The position numbers were made by a program, and so were the translations under genes. 64,000 nt of DNA, taken from positions 1,632,001 to 1,696,000 of the forward strand of contig OY782781.1 of assembly GCA_963678315.1 (NCBI GenBank), in the 5' to 3' direction. This stretch comes from Candidatus Cloacimonadales bacterium. GTDB taxonomy: Bacteria > Cloacimonadota > Cloacimonadia > Cloacimonadales > JAFGVF01. The notes beneath the pieces are model-generated. The model saw nothing but the letters and a program-made list of their open reading frames with translations. It ran no database searches and had not been told where the DNA came from. This document shows, piece after piece, positions 1 through 11,116 of the stretch. Each line of letters begins with the position of its first letter. Position 1 is the stretch's first letter.

Positions 1-240
1 AAAATAGCCAAAAATCTTGATAGTCTAGTTCTGTACTTCTTTACTTTACGGTATTTATTCTTCATAATTATCCCTTTAAATTCTATTTTAGTCATTTTAT
101 ATATGTTGAGTAAAATAAGCAAGAAAAAAAAGATAAAAAAGCTATGTTCATATAATCTAAAGTTACAAAATATTGCTATCTTATAATTTAATTCTGGACA
201 GAAAATTAAAAATCCCATATGTTTGGTAAAAGAGGTAATT

Positions 241-888
241 ATGACTTTTGACCAGATTTATAAGACACTAGAAAAGAGGTTTCATGATTTCCCAACACCT
301 GTTGTTGACTTCATTGAAGCTCAAACCAAAGACCCTTTTAAAATACTTGTGGCTACTATTTTGAGTGCTAGAACTAAAGACGAGACTACTACAAAAGTTG
401 TTAAAGAATTCTTCAAAGTTGTAGATAAACCACATGACATATTAAAATACACAATACCTGAACTTGAAAAGATGATTTATCCTGTAGGATTCTATAAAAA
501 TAAAGCAGTCTATCTCAGTAAATTGCCAACAGCTCTTGATGAACTTTATAATGGACAAATCCCAGAAACTATAGAGCAACTAGTTGAACTACCAGGTGTA
601 GGCAGAAAGACAGCTAATTTGGTTCGAGCTATCGCCTTCAAGAAACCTGCAGTATGTGTTGATGTACATGTGCATAGAATATTTAATAGAATTGGTTTTC
701 TAAGAACTAAAACTCCTTTAGAAACAGAAATGACTCTCAGAGAAACCCTTCCTGTTAAATACTGGATTCATTTTAATTCTTACTTTGTAGCATTCGGACA
801 AAACTTGTGTACTCCAAGAAAACCTAAATGTTCTGAATGCCCTATTTATGAAGGATGTGATAAAATTGGAGTGATGGAAAGTAGATAG
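241..888 (+). CDS. nth: Endonuclease III (DNA glycosylase/AP lyase)
   Basis: HhH motif LPGVGRKTAN, VDVHVHR and C-terminal 4Fe-4S motif CTPRKPKCSECPIYEGC. ATG at 241 follows a GAGGT RBS. Confidence 0.95.
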   Translation: MTFDQIYKTLEKRFHDFPTPVVDFIEAQTKDPFKILVATILSARTKDETTTKVVKEFFKVVDKPHDILKYTIPELEKMIYPVGFYKNKAVYLSKLPTALDELYNGQIPETIEQLVELPGVGRKTANLVRAIAFKKPAVCVDVHVHRIFNRIGFLRTKTPLETEMTLRETLPVKYWIHFNSYFVAFGQNLCTPRKPKCSECPIYEGCDKIGVMESR

Positions 889-938
889 CTTGACAATAAA
901 ATATATCTAAGATAATGGGCGTTTGTTAAGGAGATGAT

Positions 939-2246
939 ATGAGAATAAATATAGATGGAATAGGGATGCTAAAAGACACAAGCATTGAACTAAATAACTT
1001 AACTGTAATTGCTGGAGAAAATGATAGCGGTAAAAGTACAGTAGGGAAGGTTATATACGCCATTGTTAAAGCTCTTCGAAATTATGAAGAGCGATATAAA
1101 GACTTTTACATTGATAGACTTGAATCTGACTATCTACAAAAGATAAGTAAAATAGTGAGGCAAGATTATAATGAAGAGTATTATCTACTTAGAAAGAACA
1201 TTGACCCAATATTTGTTGCAAGAAATATTAGATTTGCAGATGGAAATGTACCAGATATACAATTCGCAGTAAATAATTACATTGATCAAATTACAGAAAT
1301 TACAAGTAAAAAAGATGCTCAAAATACATCGATGGGATCCCAATCAATAAAAAAGCGCAATACTGAACTAAATAAGCTATTAATACTTCTTAAGGAAGAA
1401 ATTTCTGAGAATAAATTATATCCAGATAATAATAAACTATTTCAGGCTGCAATTCAGCAATATCTAAAGTTTGAATTTAAAAAAGATATCAATTTTAAAT
1501 ATTGTGTTGATAGTGGTCAGATTCAAGTTAAAGAAGGGAAAAATATTATGTTGAACTTAACTATAAGCAAGAATAGAGTAATTAACTCTGAACTTGTTGA
1601 TAAAAATATATTTAGTGATGCAACATATATTGAGTCTCCTTTTGTATTGAATTCAACAAAATATGATAAATATTCTAGAAACCTAGATTTGATTAATAAG
1701 TTGAAATTATCGGATTCGAATGAAGATCAGATGTTTTTTGAAGAACTATTTGATTCAGATATAGATATTAGCAACGAAATAAAACAAGTTATTGGAGGAA
1801 GTCTTAAATATGATAGACAAGAAAGAAAGTTTCAGTTCTCCAAAAGCAATAAGTATTTTGATATAGTCAACATAGCCTCTGGTATAAAAAGTCTTGGAAT
1901 AATTAAGAGTTTATTTGATAGTAATCTAATGGATTTATCTCAATTGTTGATCATTGATGAGCCAGAAGTACATTTGCATCCAGAGTGGCAAGTGAAATAT
2001 GGTGAAATCTTGGTTAAATTAGCATCAAAGGGTTACAACATCTTAATTGCAACTCATTCTGAAAATATTCTACAAGCGATTGACTATTATAGTAGAAAGT
2101 ATGGTGCCAAAGAGTTGATAAGTTATTATTCTTCTGATAAGACTGAACTTGGTCAATCTAAAATTAGTGATTATACTGATAAGTTAAATGATATTTTTGA
2201 AAAATTATCTTATCCTTTCGAAAGACTAGTATGGGAGGTTGATTGA
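939..2246 (+). CDS. ABC/AAA_15-type ATPase (OLD/RloA-like)
   Basis: Walker A GENDSGKST, signature-like ASGIK, Walker B IIDEPEVHLHP and H-loop ATHS. No transmembrane partner. Confidence 0.85.
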   Translation: MRINIDGIGMLKDTSIELNNLTVIAGENDSGKSTVGKVIYAIVKALRNYEERYKDFYIDRLESDYLQKISKIVRQDYNEEYYLLRKNIDPIFVARNIRFADGNVPDIQFAVNNYIDQITEITSKKDAQNTSMGSQSIKKRNTELNKLLILLKEEISENKLYPDNNKLFQAAIQQYLKFEFKKDINFKYCVDSGQIQVKEGKNIMLNLTISKNRVINSELVDKNIFSDATYIESPFVLNSTKYDKYSRNLDLINKLKLSDSNEDQMFFEELFDSDIDISNEIKQVIGGSLKYDRQERKFQFSKSNKYFDIVNIASGIKSLGIIKSLFDSNLMDLSQLLIIDEPEVHLHPEWQVKYGEILVKLASKGYNILIATHSENILQAIDYYSRKYGAKELISYYSSDKTELGQSKISDYTDKLNDIFEKLSYPFERLVWEVD

Positions 2247-2887
2247 TTTTTAAGGGTGTTTATGAAAAGGGTTTAAGTAAAGGATTATTTCAAATAGAAA
2301 AAATTAAGGATATTTGTAAAACCTGTTGTTATTATTCAGAAATAAAAGTTATAGACTTTGATGAAACAGCAAAGTATGTTAAAAGTCAGGATCCAGTTAC
2401 TTTTGCTGAAACCCCAGCATCTGTTGATTGCTTAATTTTTAATATATCTCATAGTACAATTGATCTGATTGAAATGAAAAGTGTTGATAAATTTATTAAG
2501 TATCATTTAATGGATACTAACAGAGCAAGCAAAGAACAGATAATTTCAAAGCAAATGGAGAAATTTAATTTATCAAAAAAGTATATTGATTCAATCAAAA
2601 TTATCAAATGGGTTGAACAACAGTTTAACCAAACAGAAGTGAGTAACTATTTTAAACAAGAATATCCAATTTTTGTAGTCTTAATTGATGAAAGTGATTA
2701 TAAGTTATTTAAAGAAGATATTAGAAAAAGAAGAACATATACTGGGTTTCATGCTCGAGTCAAAAGAAGTATTGAAGACTATCTAAAAAAATATTTAAAT
2801 GATATCAATGGTAACATGATAATATCACGATTATGGACAGAAAAGAAATTTGATGACTTCTATTCAAAATTAGATAAACTACCATAG
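2243..2887 (+). CDS. Hypothetical protein, putative PD-(D/E)xK nuclease, translationally coupled to the ATPase
   Basis: TTG start overlaps the ATPase TGA stop, with GGAGG upstream. SVDCL...LIEMKS fits a D...ExK motif. Confidence 0.6.
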   Translation: MIFKGVYEKGLSKGLFQIEKIKDICKTCCYYSEIKVIDFDETAKYVKSQDPVTFAETPASVDCLIFNISHSTIDLIEMKSVDKFIKYHLMDTNRASKEQIISKQMEKFNLSKKYIDSIKIIKWVEQQFNQTEVSNYFKQEYPIFVVLIDESDYKLFKEDIRKRRTYTGFHARVKRSIEDYLKKYLNDINGNMIISRLWTEKKFDDFYSKLDKLP

Positions 2888-2894
2888 CAAGAAG

Positions 2895-2920
2895 AGGCAG
2901 TCAGTTTGATTGACTGCCTT
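2895..2920. terminator. Hairpin between convergent genes
   Basis: AGGCAGTCA-gtttgat-TGACTGCCT stem-loop. Confidence 0.6.
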
Positions 2921-2936
2921 AATGAAGAAAAATTCT

Positions 2937-3323
2937 TTATTTACTTACAAAATCCTTAATTGACATATTGTAAGATAACTTATAAACGGGCATATTACCT
3001 ATATTATCAAGCAGACTTCTCTTAATTAGATTATTAATAATATCATCAATAAACTCATTTAGTCCAGATAAGAAAGGTGGATCAGCAATATGACAGTGTT
3101 GCATTTCAAATGTTCCTAAGAGAACATCGGTTTCTGCAGCTAATCTAGCTTCAAGTTCACCTACGAAATAGTCTATTTTAACATTTATATTATTTATGTT
3201 AAGTACGTCATTATCAAATTTTAGAACAAAGTTATAGGTATTGTTATTATTAATAAAATCACAATATCTCGGCAAAAATCTTTTGAACAACTCAATTTTA
3301 AATTGATTCTCTACTGAATTCAT
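2937..3323 (-). CDS. Hypothetical protein
   Basis: ORF with GGAGG RBS before the ATG at 3323. No recognisable motif. Confidence 0.6.
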   Translation of the reverse strand: MNSVENQFKIELFKRFLPRYCDFINNNNTYNFVLKFDNDVLNINNINVKIDYFVGELEARLAAETDVLLGTFEMQHCHIADPPFLSGLNEFIDDIINNLIKRSLLDNIGNMPVYKLSYNMSIKDFVSK

Positions 3324-3562
3324 TGTATCCTCCAATTAATCCTTTATTTAGAATATACTTTAAATGTTCTGTTATGCAAACGCAATTCAACATAAAAAAC
3401 ATATTTTTGTAACTAAAAGATTTATAGTACGTTTATTATGTAGAAGTGAAAGAAAATTAATTTTGATTGACTTATATAGTATGCTCTTCAAAATTGTTAG
3501 AAGATACTTATTTTGTTGATTAAACGTAATTTAAGAATCATAAATTGTAATAAGAGGTTTTA

Positions 3563-3775
3563 ATGAAAGGAACAGTTAAGTGGTTCAATGAGAATAAAGG
3601 CTACGGTTTTATTCTTTCTGAAGATAATGTTGAGTATTTTGTACACTGGAAAAGTATAGTTACTTCCAATCCACTACAACACAAAGTTTTAGTGCAGGAT
3701 GAAAGAGTTCAATTCGATACAATCGAAACAGATAGAGGAACTCAAGCTATTAATGTTATTAGACTAGATGCATAG
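3563..3775 (+). CDS. Cold-shock domain protein (CspA family)
   Basis: MKGTVKWFNENKGYGFI, YFVHW, GTQAINV. Confidence 0.95.
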   Translation: MKGTVKWFNENKGYGFILSEDNVEYFVHWKSIVTSNPLQHKVLVQDERVQFDTIETDRGTQAINVIRLDA

Positions 3776-3801
3776 GTAATTATTGATAAGTTTATAACAA
3801 T

Positions 3802-5679
3802 ATGAATTTTAAACATAAGTTTTTCTTGCCTACAACTAAGCAAGAGATGAATGCTCTTGGATGGCAAGAATTAGATATTATTATTATCTCGGGTGATGCT
3901 TATATTGATCATCCGAGTTTTTCTGCGTCTATTATCGGAAGATATTTACAGCATTTCGGATTTAAAGTAGGCATAATACCTCAGCCTAATATAGATGAAC
4001 CTGATGATTTTCTCGTAATGGGGGAACCCAAACTTTTTTGGGGTATTACTTCAGGGAATATGGATTCAATGGTAAATCATTATACAGCCCAGAAGAAACT
4101 TCGTTCAGAAGATGCTTATACTCCTGCTGGTAAAATAGGAATTAGACCAGATAGAGCCTTGATTAGATATACAAACCTTGTCAAACAAATTTCTAAAGAT
4201 ACTCCAGTAATACTAGGTGGTATAGAAGCTTCCATGCGTAGGATATCCCATTATGATTATTGGAGTGATAAGGTTAGAAATTCTATCCTTGTTGATTCTA
4301 AAGCTGATATTCTTGTTTATGGAATGGGTGAGAAGATTATTCATGAAATAGCTATTCGGCTCCTTAATGGCGATCATATTAGTACTATTTATGATGTTCC
4401 TGGAACTGCTGTAATTAGCTGGGATATTGATGAAGAAGAAGAGCATACCTTCTTACCTCCACAAAATGTGTGTAAAGTCAAAGAGAACTTCCACCAGCTC
4501 ACGAAAACCTTTCAAGAAAACTATAACTCTAAAGTAATATATCAGGATATAGGTTCTAGATATTTAAGACATAACATTCCTGCTCCAAACATGACCACAG
4601 AAGAACTTGATGAAGCTTATAGTCTCCCTTATATGAGGAACCCACATCCTAGATACAAAGGAAAATCCATTAAGGCTTGGGACCAGATAAGAGATTCTAT
4701 TACTGCTCATAGAGGTTGTGGAGGTGGTTGTAATTTCTGTGCAATTGGTTATCATCAAGGCAAAACGATTACTTCTAGAAGTGAAGATTCTATTTTAGAT
4801 GAAGTTAAAGAACTTGTTAATAGAGACTATTTTCACGGCACAATAAGTGATGTTGGTGGTCCTTCTGCAAATATGTATGGTATGAAGTGTACTTTAGAAG
4901 AGGGGCTTATTTGCAAGCGAAGTTCTTGTTTATACCCATCTATTTGCACAAAGCTAGATTGTTCTCACGATAAGTATTTAAGTCTATTAAGGAAAGTAAA
5001 GAGTATCAATAAGGTTAAGAATCTGTTTATAGCTTCAGGTATTAGATTTGACTTAGCATTGAAATCAAAGAATTTTATTAGAGAGACTGCAAAACATTAT
5101 ATTGGGGGACATCTAAAATTAGCTCCTGAACATGTCGTTCCTAAGGTTCTAAAAATAATGAACAAACCGTCAATAGATTTGTATGAAGAGTTTTCTAAGT
5201 ACTTTATGGATGCATCCCTTCAAGCAGGAAAGAAACAATCTATTATTCCATACATCATAGTAGGCCACCCAGGAACAGATTTGAATGATGCTGTTAAACT
5301 GGCTCTTTATCTAAAAAAGAATAATCTTAAGTTAGAACAAGTTCAAGAATTTTATCCGACTCCGATGACTCCGAGCACTGCTATGTATTACACTGAATTA
5401 GACTATCAAACTGGAAAAAGAGTACATGTTTCAAAAGGCAGGGAAATTCGCCTTCAAAAGGCTCTTGTTCAGTGGTATATGCCAGAGAATAAGAAATATG
5501 TTATTGAAGCTCTAAGTAAAATTGGGAAAAGTAGTCTTATCGCTAAATTCTATCAGAATGGAGCTTTATCTAATCCAAAGAAAGAGAAAACAAGCAATGC
5601 AAAGAATACTTTTAAAGACAGAAAAAATAGCAAAAAGGGTAAAAGAACTAATACTAGCAAGAATAAAGGAAGACGCTAA
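3802..5679 (+). CDS. YgiQ family radical SAM protein
   Basis: GDAYIDHPSF, GNMDSMVNHYT, CxxxCxxC (CGGGCNFC), DVGGPSANMY. Confidence 0.92.
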   Translation: MNFKHKFFLPTTKQEMNALGWQELDIIIISGDAYIDHPSFSASIIGRYLQHFGFKVGIIPQPNIDEPDDFLVMGEPKLFWGITSGNMDSMVNHYTAQKKLRSEDAYTPAGKIGIRPDRALIRYTNLVKQISKDTPVILGGIEASMRRISHYDYWSDKVRNSILVDSKADILVYGMGEKIIHEIAIRLLNGDHISTIYDVPGTAVISWDIDEEEEHTFLPPQNVCKVKENFHQLTKTFQENYNSKVIYQDIGSRYLRHNIPAPNMTTEELDEAYSLPYMRNPHPRYKGKSIKAWDQIRDSITAHRGCGGGCNFCAIGYHQGKTITSRSEDSILDEVKELVNRDYFHGTISDVGGPSANMYGMKCTLEEGLICKRSSCLYPSICTKLDCSHDKYLSLLRKVKSINKVKNLFIASGIRFDLALKSKNFIRETAKHYIGGHLKLAPEHVVPKVLKIMNKPSIDLYEEFSKYFMDASLQAGKKQSIIPYIIVGHPGTDLNDAVKLALYLKKNNLKLEQVQEFYPTPMTPSTAMYYTELDYQTGKRVHVSKGREIRLQKALVQWYMPENKKYVIEALSKIGKSSLIAKFYQNGALSNPKKEKTSNAKNTFKDRKNSKKGKRTNTSKNKGRR

Positions 5680-5771
5680 ACATTCTGAACAGTAACAATC
5701 TTTATTAATTTGATACTAGCTTTTTATGTAGAAATACATCTAGATAATCAATTATTTTACTCATAAAATAC

Positions 5772-5836
5772 TAGACCCTTACTTGCCTCTTTGAAAAAAA
5801 GCCGATTTTTCAAGGAGACCCTTAAGTTAGGAGTTA
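5772..5836 (+). repeat. 65-bp dispersed hairpin element, copy 1
   Basis: Matches the reverse complement of 18848-18912 at 61 of 65 positions. Internal stem CTC(T/C)TTGAAAAA...TTTTTCAAGGAG. Confidence 0.85.
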
Positions 5837-5983
5837 GAAGTGAGGATTTAGAAGTTAGATGGAGAATAAGAATACTGATTTATAACAAAGATTCATTAAA
5901 TGCTAAGATTGAATTTGAAAAAAGATTGACATGTAATAGCTTCAGTATTGAATTAGAATCAATATAAATGGAGTTTAGCAAAG

Positions 5984-8900
5984 ATGAATATAAAAAGAGT
6001 ACTTATTGTTGTCATATTGTTGTATAGCTATTGTTATGCCTCAATAAGTAGTCATATTCAACTCACAGGCCAAGAGACTAATTGGGTTGCTGAAAATCAT
6101 AAAGTAAGAGTATGTGTGCTTAATTGGCCTCCTTATGAATCAAATATTCAAGGACTTGGTGGTATCTCTGTTGATATTATTAGAAAAATCTTTAACGAAA
6201 ATAAGATTGACTATGAACTAGTTTCTAGTGGCGATTTAACTTGGACTGAATTATTGGAAGATATTAAGTTAAAAAAGAACTTTGATTTAATTTTAACTGT
6301 GCAAGATTTACCTGAACGTCGTGAATATCTTAATTTTACCAATCCACATCTCAGATTAAAATCAGTTATCTTCACTAATAAGAAATCAACACATATCAAT
6401 AGTATAGAGGATCTTTTTGGTAAGACTATTTACGTTGCTAAAAATTATGGTATAACCAATAAGATAAGAAAGAAATATCCACAGATTAAATTACATGAAA
6501 TAGACAACAATAGAATTGACGAAACTTGCTTGTCTGCTGTAAATTCAGGTGTAGCGTTAGCATATATTGTCGATGAAAGAGTAGGACTTAATTTTATCCA
6601 AAAACTTAGACTAAAGGATATGAGAGTTTTAGCTTCTAAACCATTTGAATACACAGGTTATAGTATGGGGATTCGCAATGATTGGCCTGAATTAGCAAGT
6701 ATCATTAATAAATCATTAAAGCTAATACCTGATTCTGAAAAGAATGAGATTCTCAATGAATGGATTACGATTAAGTATGATTATGGAATAAGTATTTATC
6801 AGATTTTCAAGATTATTTTACTAGCAGTCATTGTTGTTATAGCAGTGATTTTAGTTAACTATAGGTGGAATAGGAAACTTAAGAAAATAATAAAAGAAAA
6901 AGATGCATCAGAAACTAAGTTTAGAACAATATTCAACAATACTCCAATACCTACAGCAATAACTACTATTGATAATTTGACTTATATTGCTGTTAATGAT
7001 GGTTTTACTGACATTTTAGGCTTCACTAATGACGATGTGATTGGAAAGACTCCTGTTGAATTGGGGATAATTACAAATGAGCAAAAGTACGAGAATATTA
7101 GCAACTTAGTGAAAACAGAGTCTACAAAGAACACAATAAAAAGCTCAGTATATACAAAAGATAAGAAATTACTCCAAGGTATAATCTATTCCGAAAAAAT
7201 AATATTAGATGACAAAGAATATCTAATAACATCATTCTTAGATAATTCAGCAGAGATTGAAGCCTCAATAGAAAATCAAAGATCATTAAATTTTGCTAAT
7301 ATTGTACAAAAAGTAACAACTAAGTTGATTAATATTGATTCTAACAAGTATGAAGCAGAATTAGTGAACATGTTTAGCGAAGTTGGGAAATATCTAGAAG
7401 CCAACAGTATATACATATATGAATATGACTTTGATAACAAGATAGTAGACAATATTCTAGAATGGTATAGTAGTGATTATGAAAATCTTCAAGGAGAATG
7501 TGTATCATTAGACCTAAATAAAATTCCTGAGATAATTAAACAACATCAAATGAATGAGGCTGTTGAGTTCTATGATTATCAAAATTCAGCTCCAAAGTAT
7601 CTCCGTGATCTTTTAAATCTTCAATTAATAAAGAGCTTAGTTGCTGTTCCAATATTCAATATCGAATCAGAACTGATTGCTTTTATTGGTGCAAGTTTCT
7701 TTAACACAAAAAAGGATAGTTTTGATAGAGATAAACAAGTTTTACAGCTTTTGGCGAATATCTATTTGAATACAATATCAAAAATTCGTAAAGAAGCAGA
7801 ATTAAATAAGTTAAATGAAGAACTAATTAATAAAAGTAAGGCAGCTAACTCATTTGCAATGGCTGCCAGAAAAGCAAATAATGTAAAAACTGAATTCTTG
7901 GCTAAAATGAGTCATGAAATAAGAACTCCTATAAATAGTATGATTGGTTTTACTAAATTTGTTTTAGACACTAATATAGATGATTATCAACATAAAAATC
8001 TTACTTTAGCTCTTGAATCTAGTGAAATTTTGCTGAAGATTGTTAATGACATATTACTTCTCTCTAAAATAGAATCTAATCAAGTTGAACTAGATTATAT
8101 TTCCAGCAATATCTTTGAAATAAGTAGAGAAATTGTAGAACTATTCAGACTTGATTCAGAGAAAACAGGGGTAAGCTTATATATTGATTATGATCCTTCA
8201 ATGCCTACATATATGACTATTGATTCCTTGCATTTTAAGCAAATAGTAGGAAATTTTCTTTCTAATGCTTTTAAATTCACTAAAAATGGTTATGTTGAGT
8301 TACGATACACTTTTATTGAACTAGATGAAAACAAGGGTGAGTTGCTGGTAGAAGTTGAAGATACAGGCATTGGAATCAGGGAAGATGAAAAAGATAGAAT
8401 ATATAAATCTTTTACACAAATAGATGACACCAGTACCAGAGAATATGGTGGTACAGGATTAGGATTAAGTATTTCTAATCAACTAGCTAGTATGATGGGA
8501 GGACAACTATCTTGTGAAAGTAGCATAGGTAAAGGTTCTACTTTTAGTTTAAGAATTCCAGTTGAGTATCAAAAATCTGAAGATACTTTGAAGGTGAAAG
8601 AAAGCAAAAATATATTAATACACACAGATGAACAAAAGTCTTATGATATATTAAAAAAACATGCTGAATACAATGGTTATAATGTTCTTCCTTATACACC
8701 TCATTGTGAAAACATGAATCTTAAAACTATTGATAATATTCATGTCCTTGTGATAAACTGTAATAAAAGCAATTTGATGTGTCAGAATCTATTTTATGAT
8801 GATCTTAAGGCTAATCTAAAGAAATTTAAACTTGTTATAATGTATTATTCATCACTAAACAAAAGTGTTCTAGAAAAGAAGTTTGAAAGTGCTTTTAATC

Positions 8901-9412
8901 AAAGATTCAATAAGAAACCACTTCTGCCTTACGTCTTTTTAAAAACTATAAAAGAGAATCTTGCTTTAAATGATAATAAAGCAATAAACTCTAGCCCGAG
9001 GAAAATTTTCAGGGTTTTAAGTAATAAAAAGTATTCGTTATTAGTTGTAGATGATAATAAATTGAACAGGAAATTGCTTAGTAAGATATTAGTGAAATAT
9101 CTTCCTAATGCTAGGGTTAATATTGCTGTTAATGGGCAAGAAGCTTTTGAGAAGACTATAAATGACAGTTATGATATTGTATTTATGGATATTCAAATGC
9201 CTGTCATGGATGGAATCTCCTCTGCGAAAGCAATAATCAAAAAGTTAAAGAGTTCAGCACCAACAATTGTTGCTTTAACGGCAAATACATCTGATAGTAA
9301 TAGACTAAATGCTGAAAACTCTGGAATGTCTGATTTTGTTACGAAACCAATTAATAATAATCTGCTAGTTGAAGTTCTGACTAAGCACTTAAAAATTGCA
9401 ACTGATATATAA
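5984..9412 (+). CDS. Hybrid sensor histidine kinase (PBPb, TM, PAS, GAF, HisKA, HATPase, receiver)
   Basis: FLAKMSHEIRTPIN, NFLSNAFKFT, DTGIGI, GGTGLGLSI and receiver motifs VVDDN/FMDIQMPVMDG/KP. Confidence 0.93.
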   Translation: MNIKRVLIVVILLYSYCYASISSHIQLTGQETNWVAENHKVRVCVLNWPPYESNIQGLGGISVDIIRKIFNENKIDYELVSSGDLTWTELLEDIKLKKNFDLILTVQDLPERREYLNFTNPHLRLKSVIFTNKKSTHINSIEDLFGKTIYVAKNYGITNKIRKKYPQIKLHEIDNNRIDETCLSAVNSGVALAYIVDERVGLNFIQKLRLKDMRVLASKPFEYTGYSMGIRNDWPELASIINKSLKLIPDSEKNEILNEWITIKYDYGISIYQIFKIILLAVIVVIAVILVNYRWNRKLKKIIKEKDASETKFRTIFNNTPIPTAITTIDNLTYIAVNDGFTDILGFTNDDVIGKTPVELGIITNEQKYENISNLVKTESTKNTIKSSVYTKDKKLLQGIIYSEKIILDDKEYLITSFLDNSAEIEASIENQRSLNFANIVQKVTTKLINIDSNKYEAELVNMFSEVGKYLEANSIYIYEYDFDNKIVDNILEWYSSDYENLQGECVSLDLNKIPEIIKQHQMNEAVEFYDYQNSAPKYLRDLLNLQLIKSLVAVPIFNIESELIAFIGASFFNTKKDSFDRDKQVLQLLANIYLNTISKIRKEAELNKLNEELINKSKAANSFAMAARKANNVKTEFLAKMSHEIRTPINSMIGFTKFVLDTNIDDYQHKNLTLALESSEILLKIVNDILLLSKIESNQVELDYISSNIFEISREIVELFRLDSEKTGVSLYIDYDPSMPTYMTIDSLHFKQIVGNFLSNAFKFTKNGYVELRYTFIELDENKGELLVEVEDTGIGIREDEKDRIYKSFTQIDDTSTREYGGTGLGLSISNQLASMMGGQLSCESSIGKGSTFSLRIPVEYQKSEDTLKVKESKNILIHTDEQKSYDILKKHAEYNGYNVLPYTPHCENMNLKTIDNIHVLVINCNKSNLMCQNLFYDDLKANLKKFKLVIMYYSSLNKSVLEKKFESAFNQRFNKKPLLPYVFLKTIKENLALNDNKAINSSPRKIFRVLSNKKYSLLVVDDNKLNRKLLSKILVKYLPNARVNIAVNGQEAFEKTINDSYDIVFMDIQMPVMDGISSAKAIIKKLKSSAPTIVALTANTSDSNRLNAENSGMSDFVTKPINNNLLVEVLTKHLKIATDI

Positions 9413-9452
9413 TCAAAAATCTAGCTCACTAAATTAATATAGACAGATATTC

Positions 9453-10106
9453 TTATCTGTGTGAATATAAACCAAGTTCCTCTATAACACTTAGATAAAT
9501 GTCATAAGCTTGTTCAATTTTGTCCTTAGTAAACCTATTGCTAGGTCCACTAAAGGCTATACAACCTACAATCTGATCCTTATTCCTGTAAGGAATTGCC
9601 ATGCAATTCATGCCCTCATACACATATTCAAGATCTACAGTATAATCTTTATTAAAATTCTCGTCCATAAATACCTGAGCTACCGCAGTATTCGATGGTA
9701 AATCTATGAATTGCCCTTCTTCAGGTACTACTTTAAGAGGCTTGGATGATAATATATAGTCATGATAGTAGAATCTATCGCCTACTTTAATAGCAAAATA
9801 GACAGTTTCGTCAACAATTTCAACAAGTTTTTGGAGAAGGTTATGTATCTTATTACTAATCCCTGATTCTTCCATATATGAAAGACCTAATCTGAGGCTA
9901 TTCAATCCTAGCCCATATTCTAATCCATTATTTATTCTGGAAACTTGCCCTTCATATTCTAATGTCTGCAAAATTCCGAATGCCGTAGATGTTTTTAATC
10001 CTGTTTCATTACAGATATCATTTAACTTTATAGATCCTTTATCTGCAATCAGATTTAGAATCTTTGCTGCTCTTTGAATAGATTGTATATATTTCTTTTC
10101 GTTCAT
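9453..10106 (-). CDS. IclR family transcriptional regulator
   Basis: IQSIQRAAKILNLI HTH and C-terminal CMAIP...IAFSGPSNRF. Confidence 0.9.
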   Translation of the reverse strand: MNEKKYIQSIQRAAKILNLIADKGSIKLNDICNETGLKTSTAFGILQTLEYEGQVSRINNGLEYGLGLNSLRLGLSYMEESGISNKIHNLLQKLVEIVDETVYFAIKVGDRFYYHDYILSSKPLKVVPEEGQFIDLPSNTAVAQVFMDENFNKDYTVDLEYVYEGMNCMAIPYRNKDQIVGCIAFSGPSNRFTKDKIEQAYDIYLSVIEELGLYSHR

Positions 10107-10213
10107 TACTTCCTCTTCATTCTATTGTCTGCATAATCACAAACATTGTATAATCTCAGCTAATGCAATTACATATTCAATATTTGTTTGAAATATGTCA
10201 AACAATAAAATAA

Positions 10214-10270
10214 TTCAATATTATAGAAAAAAATATATTGACAGTAATATAGTGTTCGGCAATATAGGAA
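10214..10270. promoter_or_regulatory. Candidate IclR operators and -35 box in the divergent intergenic region
   Basis: Imperfect palindromes TTCAATATTATAGAA (10214-10228) and TTCGGCAATATAGGAA (10255-10270) flank TTGACA (10238-10243). Confidence 0.4.
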
Positions 10271-10309
10271 ATATATTTATAATGTAATAAGTTAAAGGAG
10301 AACAGATTT

Positions 10310-11092
10310 ATGAAACTTAACGGAAAAGTAGCTCTAGTAACAGGCGCAGCAGCAGGTATTGGATATTGTATTACAAAACGTCTTTTAGAAGATGGAGCAG
10401 CTGTTGCTATGGTTGATATAGACGGTGATGGTGTAGTAAAAGCAGCTAAAGAACTTGCTGTAGATGGCGCGAAGGTTACCACTTTTGTTGCAGATGTAAG
10501 TAACAGAGATCAAGTTTTTGCAGCTGTGGGACATGCTGTAGCTGAATTGGGTGGACTTGATATTATGATTAACAATGCAGGAATCGCAGGTGCTCCTCAT
10601 AGTATCATGGATATTACCGAAGATGAGATGAACTTCATCCAGAAAGTTAACGTAAATAGTGTTTTATGGGGAACTCAAGCAGCAGCAGAAGTTTTCAAGA
10701 AGAACGGAACAAAAGGTAAAATTATTTCAGCTTCTTCAATCGCAGGACACGAAGGTTTCCCAATGTTAGCAGCATATTGTGCTACTAAATTTGCAATCAG
10801 AGCTTTAACTCAATCTTCAGCAAAAGAATTGGCTGCTTTTGGTATTACAGTTAATGCTTATTGTCCAGGTGTAGTTGCAACTCCTTTATGGGAAAAACTT
10901 GATGAAGATTTCGCAGACGAAACAGGTGCTGGAAAAGGTGATACATTTAATAACTTCGCAAGTGGAGCTGTATTAGGTAGACCTCAAACTCCTGAAGATG
11001 TTGCTAATCTTGTTTCTTACCTAGCTGGTCCAGACAGTGACTTTATGACAGGTCAAGCTGTTATTATGGATGGCGGAATGATATATCGCTAG
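10310..11092 (+). CDS. budC: Acetoin(diacetyl) reductase / 2,3-butanediol dehydrogenase, SDR family
   Basis: TGAAAGIG, NNAG, YCATKFAIRALTQSSAKELA, VNAYCPGVVATPLWE. Confidence 0.85.
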   Translation: MKLNGKVALVTGAAAGIGYCITKRLLEDGAAVAMVDIDGDGVVKAAKELAVDGAKVTTFVADVSNRDQVFAAVGHAVAELGGLDIMINNAGIAGAPHSIMDITEDEMNFIQKVNVNSVLWGTQAAAEVFKKNGTKGKIISASSIAGHEGFPMLAAYCATKFAIRALTQSSAKELAAFGITVNAYCPGVVATPLWEKLDEDFADETGAGKGDTFNNFASGAVLGRPQTPEDVANLVSYLAGPDSDFMTGQAVIMDGGMIYR

Positions 11093-11116
11093 AATGTAAA
11101 TATTAAACTATAAATT

